Shown here one piece after another: positions 45,201-50,670 of a DNA stretch of 50,670 bases. Made by a program: the position numbers and the translations under genes. The notes beneath the pieces were generated by a model that saw only the letters and a list, made by a program, of their open reading frames with translations, was not told where the DNA came from and made no database searches. Source of the DNA: Candidatus Methylomirabilota bacterium (GTDB lineage: Bacteria; Methylomirabilota; Methylomirabilia; Rokubacteriales; CSP1-6); NCBI GenBank assembly GCA_046734515.1, contig JBKPRI010000189.1:1-50670 (forward strand). Direction: 5' to 3'. How positions within the stretch are numbered: position 1 is the stretch's first letter; each line of letters starts with the position of its first letter.

Positions 45201-46646
45201 CTAGCGGCCGGCCGCCGCGGCGAGAGTCGGGCGCCGTCCGATCCACGGCCGCGCGCTCTCGAGCTGCGCGGCCAGCCGTAACAGCATGCCCTCGTCCCCG
45301 AAGCGTGAGACGAACTGCACGCCGAGCGGCAGCCCGCTGGATGACCATGCCAGCGGCACGGACATCCCCGGCTGGCCGGTGGAGTTGAAGAGCGACGTGA
45401 AGCCGATGCTCGCGAAGACGGCCTTCAAGTACGCGTCGACATCGGTCGTCATCATGTCGAGCACGCCGAGCGGCCAGGGGGGCGCGGCCATCGTGGGGGT
45501 GAGGATGATGTCGTAGCGCTCCATGAAGCGGGCGACCTGGCGGCCGACGAGATGCACGATGCGGGTCGCCATGGCGTAGTCGGACGCCGAGAACGCGCGG
45601 GCGTCCTTCACGCGGTCCCACACCATGCGCTCGACATCGTCCTCGGCGAGCGCGCGGCCCATCAGCGCGGCGCGGGCGTCGAGCGTGGCGGCCACGTTGG
45701 CGGCCACGATCATGCGATTGGCCTGCCGCCACTTGGCCACGTCGAACTCCGGACGCGCTTCCTCCACCTCGTGACCGAGGCTCGCGCAGAGCCTGGCGGC
45801 GTCGCGCGCGGCCTCCGCGCACTCGCGATCGACGTCACCCGGGAACCACGGCGTCAGGTTGAACGCGATGCGCAGCTTGCCGGGCTCGCGGCCCACTTCC
45901 TCGAGGTACGGGCGCGGCGGCGGCGGAGCCCAGTAAGGATCGCCCAGCGCCGGGCCAGCCGTCGCGTCGAGCAGCGCGGCGCTGTCGCGCACGGTGCGGG
46001 TGACGGCGTGAGCGACCGACGCGCCGCCCCAGCCCTCGCCGGCATCCGGCGCCATCGAGACGCGGCCGCGCGTGGGCTTCAGACCGAAGAGGCCGCAGCA
46101 CGAGGCCGGAATGCGGATGGAGCCGCCGCCGTCGGTCGCGTGGGCCATCGGCAGGATGCCGGCGGCCACGGCCGCGGCCGCGCCGCCGCTGGAGCCGCCG
46201 GCGCTGTGCGTGAGCTTCCACGGGTTCTTCGTCGGGCCGAACAAGCGCGGCTCGGTGGACGGGGCCAGGCCCATCTCCGGCGTGCTGGACTTTCCGACGA
46301 CCACGAGGCCGGCGCGGCGCAGGCGGATCGTCAGCTCGCTGTCGTGATCGGCGACGTCCTTGGCGAAGAGCCGGCTGCCGCCCGCGGTGACGACGCCCGT
46401 GTACTGCGCGCCGAGATCCTTCAGGAGATACGGCACGCCGGCGAACGGACCGTCCGGCAGCCCGGCAGCGACCACCTTGCGCGCCTCGTCGTACATCGTG
46501 TTGACGACGGCATTGACGATCGGATTGCGCACCTCGATCCGCGCGATCGTCTCCTCGATGATCTCGCCGGCCGTCACTTCCTTGCGCCGGACCAGGTCGG
46601 CCAGCGCGAGGGCGTCGTAGCGCTCGAACTCGCTGAGCACGCTCAT
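45201..46646 (-). CDS. amidase (amidase-signature family)
   Basis: This is the last 481 codons of track ORF 45201..47111: MSVLSEFERYDALALADLV... The AS signature is GGSSGGAAAAVAAG...DGGGSIRIPAS. The ATG overlaps the upstream stop (ATGA). Confidence 0.9.
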   Translation of the reverse strand: MSVLSEFERYDALALADLVRRKEVTAGEIIEETIARIEVRNPIVNAVVNTMYDEARKVVAAGLPDGPFAGVPYLLKDLGAQYTGVVTAGGSRLFAKDVADHDSELTIRLRRAGLVVVGKSSTPEMGLAPSTEPRLFGPTKNPWKLTHSAGGSSGGAAAAVAAGILPMAHATDGGGSIRIPASCCGLFGLKPTRGRVSMAPDAGEGWGGASVAHAVTRTVRDSAALLDATAGPALGDPYWAPPPPRPYLEEVGREPGKLRIAFNLTPWFPGDVDRECAEAARDAARLCASLGHEVEEARPEFDVAKWRQANRMIVAANVAATLDARAALMGRALAEDDVERMVWDRVKDARAFSASDYAMATRIVHLVGRQVARFMERYDIILTPTMAAPPWPLGVLDMMTTDVDAYLKAVFASIGFTSLFNSTGQPGMSVPLAWSSSGLPLGVQFVSRFGDEGMLLRLAAQLESARPWIGRRPTLAAAAGR

Positions 46647-48217
46647 GCGAGGGCCTCCGTGAACCGCCGGTAGCACTCGAGCGGATCGCCGAACTTCTGG
46701 TGGCCGGCCGTGTGATGCGCGCACGCCAGCAAGAGCGTGTCGCGATCGTGGGCGGTGCTGGAGGCCCAGTCCTCCACGAGGCCGAGCCCGATCTCCTGGT
46801 TGTGCGGGTCGTTGCCTTCCTTCACCGCGCACAGCGCCAGCGTGGCAGCCAGCGGCGCGCGGTCGTGACCCGCGTCGAGATATGCGCGCGTCCACGCCAC
46901 GCTCTCCTCCATCTTCAGCGCCGTCTGCGCCTCGTCGAGCCGCTGCAGCAGCGCGTCGGCCGTGAGGCCGCCCGCGCTGGCCGGCGGCCGCGCCTCGACG
47001 GTCCCGTTGCCCGGCGTGTTGCGCGTCCAGTACGCGGCCTGGTTGACGAACGAGCCGGCCACGTAGAGGAGCTTCAGGCGATGCGGGTGGTCGAACGTGT
47101 CGTAGAACCACCGCAGCGTGTTCGTGTACTCGAACGAGTGGTGCGGCATCGAGAAGTTGGCGGGATGCCCGACCGACAGCACCACGCGCGCCGAGGCGAC
47201 CTGGATCGCATCCAGGATCTGGCGCGGGTCCGCGCCGCCTAGCAGCAGCGACGTGATCTCGTGGATGTAGGCGGGCTCGGGCTCCTCGAGCAGCGCGCGC
47301 TGCAGGCGCTCACCCTCGGCCGGCGTCAGCGGCGTGCGGTTGGCGAGCAGGCGCGCCTCGACCAGCCGCTTGGGCGAGGGCTCCATGGACGACTTCACCT
47401 TGGCGTCGTCCTCCGCGAGGTGCATCCAGCTCACCTGACAGGCCATCTCGTACGCGGAGTGCCAGCGCGGCCCCACGGCCATGTCGAGCGCGCCCGCGTA
47501 GAGCACGTCGTGCGCGTCATCCCAGCCGATGGCGTCGCCGATCTCGATGGTGGCGCGCGCGCGGTGGGCCTTGTGGCCGGTGGTGTAGGAGCGGTTGTAG
47601 AGCATGCGGTCCTGCACGTCGATGAGCCCGGCAAAGGCCAGGTGCCCGAGCAGCTCGCGCCGCCGCTCGCGCTCGGCGAAGAGGCCGAGGAACACGCGAT
47701 AGGCCTCCAGCACCTCGCCGCGCTGGACCAGCGTCAGCCAGTGGTTCAGGCGCGTCTCGAAGGGGCCGTCGAGGGTGATGGGCTCCTGATCGGGCCAGTG
47801 GCGCTCGGGCGGCAGGATCGGCGCATTCGGATCGCGCCGCGCACCACGCCCGCCGTAATGGCCGGGCATCTTGCCGAGGAGCTGGTTCCACGGGTCGAGC
47901 CCCGTCGGCACGTACCAGACGGTCTGCGCCAGCGGCAGGTACGCGAGGGCCGACGGCAGCAGCTTGGGCAAGCGCAAGCTCGTCCGCGCGCTCAGCAGGC
48001 AGTGGTCGTTGTTCACGAAGCGCACGAACCCGTCATCGATTCGCTGATGATACGGCACGTGCGTGTAGGGCGCGTGGATGCGCACGGTCTCGCGGACGAT
48101 CTCGGGGCGCGGCCGGCCGGCGCGCACGAGGTCGTAGTACACCGCGCTGGCCCCGACCTGGTCGCGCGCCAGGATGCGCTCTTCGAGCTTGCTGTAAAGG
48201 CCTCCGGCCTGGTCCAT
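46643..48217 (-). CDS. conserved hypothetical protein, 524 aa, His-rich, no recognisable domain
   Basis: The ORF is clean with high GC3. GAGGGAG lies 7 nt upstream of the ATG. It is translationally coupled to the amidase. I recognise no family motif. Confidence 0.7.
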   Translation of the reverse strand: MDQAGGLYSKLEERILARDQVGASAVYYDLVRAGRPRPEIVRETVRIHAPYTHVPYHQRIDDGFVRFVNNDHCLLSARTSLRLPKLLPSALAYLPLAQTVWYVPTGLDPWNQLLGKMPGHYGGRGARRDPNAPILPPERHWPDQEPITLDGPFETRLNHWLTLVQRGEVLEAYRVFLGLFAERERRRELLGHLAFAGLIDVQDRMLYNRSYTTGHKAHRARATIEIGDAIGWDDAHDVLYAGALDMAVGPRWHSAYEMACQVSWMHLAEDDAKVKSSMEPSPKRLVEARLLANRTPLTPAEGERLQRALLEEPEPAYIHEITSLLLGGADPRQILDAIQVASARVVLSVGHPANFSMPHHSFEYTNTLRWFYDTFDHPHRLKLLYVAGSFVNQAAYWTRNTPGNGTVEARPPASAGGLTADALLQRLDEAQTALKMEESVAWTRAYLDAGHDRAPLAATLALCAVKEGNDPHNQEIGLGLVEDWASSTAHDRDTLLLACAHHTAGHQKFGDPLECYRRFTEALA

Positions 48218-48237
48218 GGATCACTCCCTCGTGATTG

Positions 48238-49233
48238 TCAGGTCTTCCGCAGCCGATCCTCGGCGGCCTGCATGGGTGAATCGCCGCGCATCATCTCGCG
48301 GGCGATGCCGAGCATGGGGTAGCCTTCCTTGGCCTCGGCCTGGAATCGCTGCGCAAAGCCGCCGCTGCGGATGTCCTCCAGGATTGTCCGGAAGCTGTCG
48401 AGCATGGCGCCCCGATCCATCGCCAGCGTGCGCGTGATGCCGCCGAAGAGCGCGGTCGGTCCGTGCTCCTCGCTGGCGCGGAAGAAGCCCGTGTCCCGGA
48501 ACGAGGCGAAGACCGACTCCATCTCCCCGGAGGCGTACATCTCCATGACCATCGCCTCGGGCGGGATCCCCGCCTCGCAGCCGACCTCGAATGCCGCCAT
48601 GACGGCCATGCCCAGCACGGCGCCGACGCTCTGCTCGATGAACAGATCCAGCAGCGCTTCCTGCCGGGCGCTCATCTCGATGGCGCCCGTGCGGAGCACA
48701 CCGAGCGCGGCGGCCAGCGCCAGCATCCGCTGGCGCGCCCGGCCACTGGCGTCGGTCTCGACACTGACGTACGCCCAGAACCCCTGTCCTGCCACGTACC
48801 GCGCGCGCGCGACGCTGCCTGGACTGCGGGGCGCCACCAGCAACACGTCGACCCCCGCCGGGGGCTGGATCAGCCCGAAGGCCAGGCAGTAGCCCGAGGC
48901 GAACGCGATGGCGCTGCGGGGCCGCAGGGCCGGCGCGATGTCGCGGGTGAAGGCCTCGGGGATGACCTCGTCGGGCAGCAGGACGAAGCTCACATCGAGG
49001 GCGGCGGCGGCGGCCAGCGGCAGGACCGGGAAGCCGTCCGCCCGCGCGGTCACGGCGTACTCGTCGTCACGGTTGCCGATGGTCACGTCCACGCCCGAGT
49101 CGCGCAGATTGAGCGCCGCGGCCCGGCCGAGGTTGCCATAGCCGAGGACGGCCACACGCTCACGGTCAAAACCGCCCACCGGCGCGTCGGCGGCGCCAAA
49201 GACCTTGAACGTTGTCGAACGCTGATCCGCCAT
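48238..49233 (-). CDS. ketol-acid reductoisomerase-like NAD(P)-dependent oxidoreductase (divergent class-I KARI paralog)
   Basis: Track ORF 48238..49356 trimmed to MADQRSTTFKVFG.., with GGGAGG upstream. The Rossmann motif is VAVLGYGNLGRAAALNLRDSGVDVTIG (canonical KARI has GYGSQGHAHALNLRDSG). The knotted-domain motif is LLDLFIEQSVG (canonical DLFGEQ). Confidence 0.75.
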   Translation of the reverse strand: MADQRSTTFKVFGAADAPVGGFDRERVAVLGYGNLGRAAALNLRDSGVDVTIGNRDDEYAVTARADGFPVLPLAAAAALDVSFVLLPDEVIPEAFTRDIAPALRPRSAIAFASGYCLAFGLIQPPAGVDVLLVAPRSPGSVARARYVAGQGFWAYVSVETDASGRARQRMLALAAALGVLRTGAIEMSARQEALLDLFIEQSVGAVLGMAVMAAFEVGCEAGIPPEAMVMEMYASGEMESVFASFRDTGFFRASEEHGPTALFGGITRTLAMDRGAMLDSFRTILEDIRSGGFAQRFQAEAKEGYPMLGIAREMMRGDSPMQAAEDRLRKT

Positions 49234-49316
49234 CAGCCGGCCTCCCGCGCAGAAGTGCTTCGCTCGGGGGAATAGTACACTTCCCTGCCGCAAGCCGTCA
49301 GCCGAGGAGGCGTGCC

Positions 49317-50327
49317 ATGAGATTCGGTCTCTACAGCTCGATCGCCAACCCGCCACGTGGCGAGCACCTCGAGCGCGCCGTCGACGAGGTGATCGCCGAG
49401 GCCGAGCTGGCGGAATCGCTGGGGTTCGACTCGTGCTTCTTCGGCGAGCACCACCAGGACCGCGACGGCTTCCTGCCCTCCCCGCTCATCGTCGCCACCG
49501 CGGTGGCCGCGCGCACGAAGACGCTGCGCGTGGGGACCTCCGTCATCCTCCTGCCGCTGCACCACCCGGTGCGGATCGCCGAGGACGTCATCACGCTGGA
49601 CCTGGTGTCCAAGGGGCGCATCGTCCTCGGCGTCGGCATCGGCTACCAGGCCGACGACTTCCGCGCGTTCAGCGTGCCGTTCGAGGACCGCATGCGGCGC
49701 TTCGAGGAGAGCGTGGAGATCATCCGCCTGTGCTGGGCGGGCGAGCGGTTTTCGTTCCGCGGCAAGCACTACACGCTGGAGGACGTGCAGATCACCCCGC
49801 GGCCGTTCCAGAAGCCGGGGCCGCCCCTCTGGATCGGCGCCAGCGTGCCGGCCGCCGCGCGCCGCGCCGGGCGCATCGCCGACGGGTTCGTGGGCACGCC
49901 CAGCACCGGCCTCGAGAACGCCACGCGCCTGGCCGATCTCTACAAGGCGGCGGCGCGCGAGGCGGGCCGGCCGGCCGAGGTCATCCAGATGCGGGATGCG
50001 TGGGTGGCGACGACGCGGGCGGAGGCCGACCGGGTGTACGGCCCGCACGTGATGACGGCCTACCGCTACTACTGGGAGCACCGGCTGGCCGAGTTCGCCG
50101 GCATGCCGCCCGAGACGAAGTTCACCCTGGAGAACCTGGCGCCCGACCGGCTGATCCTGGGGGAGCCCGAGACGTGCGTGCGGGAGTTCCAGCGCTGGCA
50201 GAAGGTCACCGGTGCCGGCACGTTCCTGCTGCGCCTGCGCCACGCGCACTCCGGCGGGCCGCCGCACGCCGAGATCATGAAGGCGATCCGGCTCTTCGGC
50301 GAGCGCGTGCTGCCCTACTGCCGGTAA
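49317..50327 (+). CDS. LLM-class (luciferase-like) flavin/F420-dependent oxidoreductase
   Basis: Track ORF 49212..50327 trimmed to MRFGLYSSIANPP...LGFDSCFFGEHH.. (typical LLM N-terminus). GAGGAGG lies 6 nt upstream of the ATG. Length is 336 aa. Confidence 0.85.
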   Translation: MRFGLYSSIANPPRGEHLERAVDEVIAEAELAESLGFDSCFFGEHHQDRDGFLPSPLIVATAVAARTKTLRVGTSVILLPLHHPVRIAEDVITLDLVSKGRIVLGVGIGYQADDFRAFSVPFEDRMRRFEESVEIIRLCWAGERFSFRGKHYTLEDVQITPRPFQKPGPPLWIGASVPAAARRAGRIADGFVGTPSTGLENATRLADLYKAAAREAGRPAEVIQMRDAWVATTRAEADRVYGPHVMTAYRYYWEHRLAEFAGMPPETKFTLENLAPDRLILGEPETCVREFQRWQKVTGAGTFLLRLRHAHSGGPPHAEIMKAIRLFGERVLPYCR

Positions 50328-50339
50328 CCGCGGGTCGCG

Positions 50340-50670
50340 CTACACCGCGAGCAAGCCGGCGCGCAGCGCCACGGTCACCGCTTCGGTCCGGCTGCGCGCG
50401 CCCAGCTTGGCCAGCATCGAGGCGACGTGGAACTTGACCGTGTGGCGCGAGATGGCCAGGCGCGCGGCGATGAGGCGATTGTTCGCGCCCTCGGCGATGA
50501 GCTCCAGGATCTCGCGCTCGCGCAAGGTCAAGGCCAGGCCGTGCGCCGGGGCCGCGGCGGCCGCGGGCGGCGCGAGCGCCTCCTGATGGGCGACCAGCAG
50601 ACCGGCGTGCACGGCGCGCACGGCACCGGCCAGCTCGTCCGGCGTAGCGTGCAGCGGCAGGGCCGCGCGC
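50340..50670 (-). CDS. LuxR/NarL-family response regulator, C-terminal part (gene continues past the right edge)
   Basis: LTLREREILELIAEGANNRLIAARLAISRHTVKFHVASMLAKLGARSRTEAV is a GerE/LuxR HTH. The frame stays open upstream of the track start to the window edge (..LPLHATPDELAGAVRAVHAG..), which is typical of a receiver-HTH linker. Confidence 0.8.
   Translation of the reverse strand, partial: RAALPLHATPDELAGAVRAVHAGLLVAHQEALAPPAAAAAPAHGLALTLREREILELIAEGANNRLIAARLAISRHTVKFHVASMLAKLGARSRTEAVTVALRAGLLAV

Overview
High-GC (roughly 68-70% by eye) bacterial chromosomal segment. It is very densely packed, with about 47 protein-coding genes. I found no rRNA, tRNA, CRISPR array, transposase or integrase. 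The content is mostly metabolic and accessory catabolic operons, many joined by 4-nt ATGA/GTGA start-stop overlaps. There is also a striking number of orphan solute-binding proteins: two TRAP DctP, two family-5 peptide/nickel SBPs and one PF04392-like SBP. Composition and gene content resemble soil Rokubacteria/Methylomirabilota-like or deltaproteobacterial genomes, but this is inference only. Most long ORFs in the six-frame track are antisense or alternative-frame shadows typical of high-GC DNA. Several track ORFs also carry spurious N-terminal extensions, which I trimmed using SD sites, overlaps and protein-family N-termini. Recognisable units:
- PEP-mutase-like / PIG-L deacetylase / aldo-keto reductase operon
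- thrC plus a Cys/Met PLP enzyme
- a divergent transglutaminase / Anbu (proteasome-like) pair
- two tandemly duplicated PLD-type lipoproteins
- a dctPQM-alr operon
- a TPP enzyme / serine hydrolase / amidohydrolase / MDR reductase operon
- a six-gene TRAP-SBP / enolase-superfamily / TPP / cupin / SDR / SDR operon
- a split hydantoinase (acetone-carboxylase-like) locus, where the HyuB-like subunit is fused to a gamma-subunit-like zinc domain
- a secreted vanadium-haloperoxidase-like PAP2 protein
- a hybrid histidine kinase
- a beta-helix protein
- an ilvC-like / unknown 524-aa / amidase operon

The most interesting signal is in the only sizeable region the ORF track leaves unexplained (18898-19550). 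On the minus strand there are three consecutive small ORFs (57, 49 and 37 aa), each preceded by a Shine-Dalgarno site. They encode Lys-rich peptides with a shared leader-like motif that ends in Gly-Gly. Their C-terminal segments resemble conserved beta-strand motifs of the T6SS tube protein Hcp. A sigma54-type promoter candidate lies upstream. Secondary observations:
- recurrent leaderless-type starts, with TAnnnT boxes 6-10 nt upstream of start codons
- a repeated GTAWGATACC box
- a palindrome flanked by direct repeats
- a sharp codon-usage anomaly inside the HyuB-like gene
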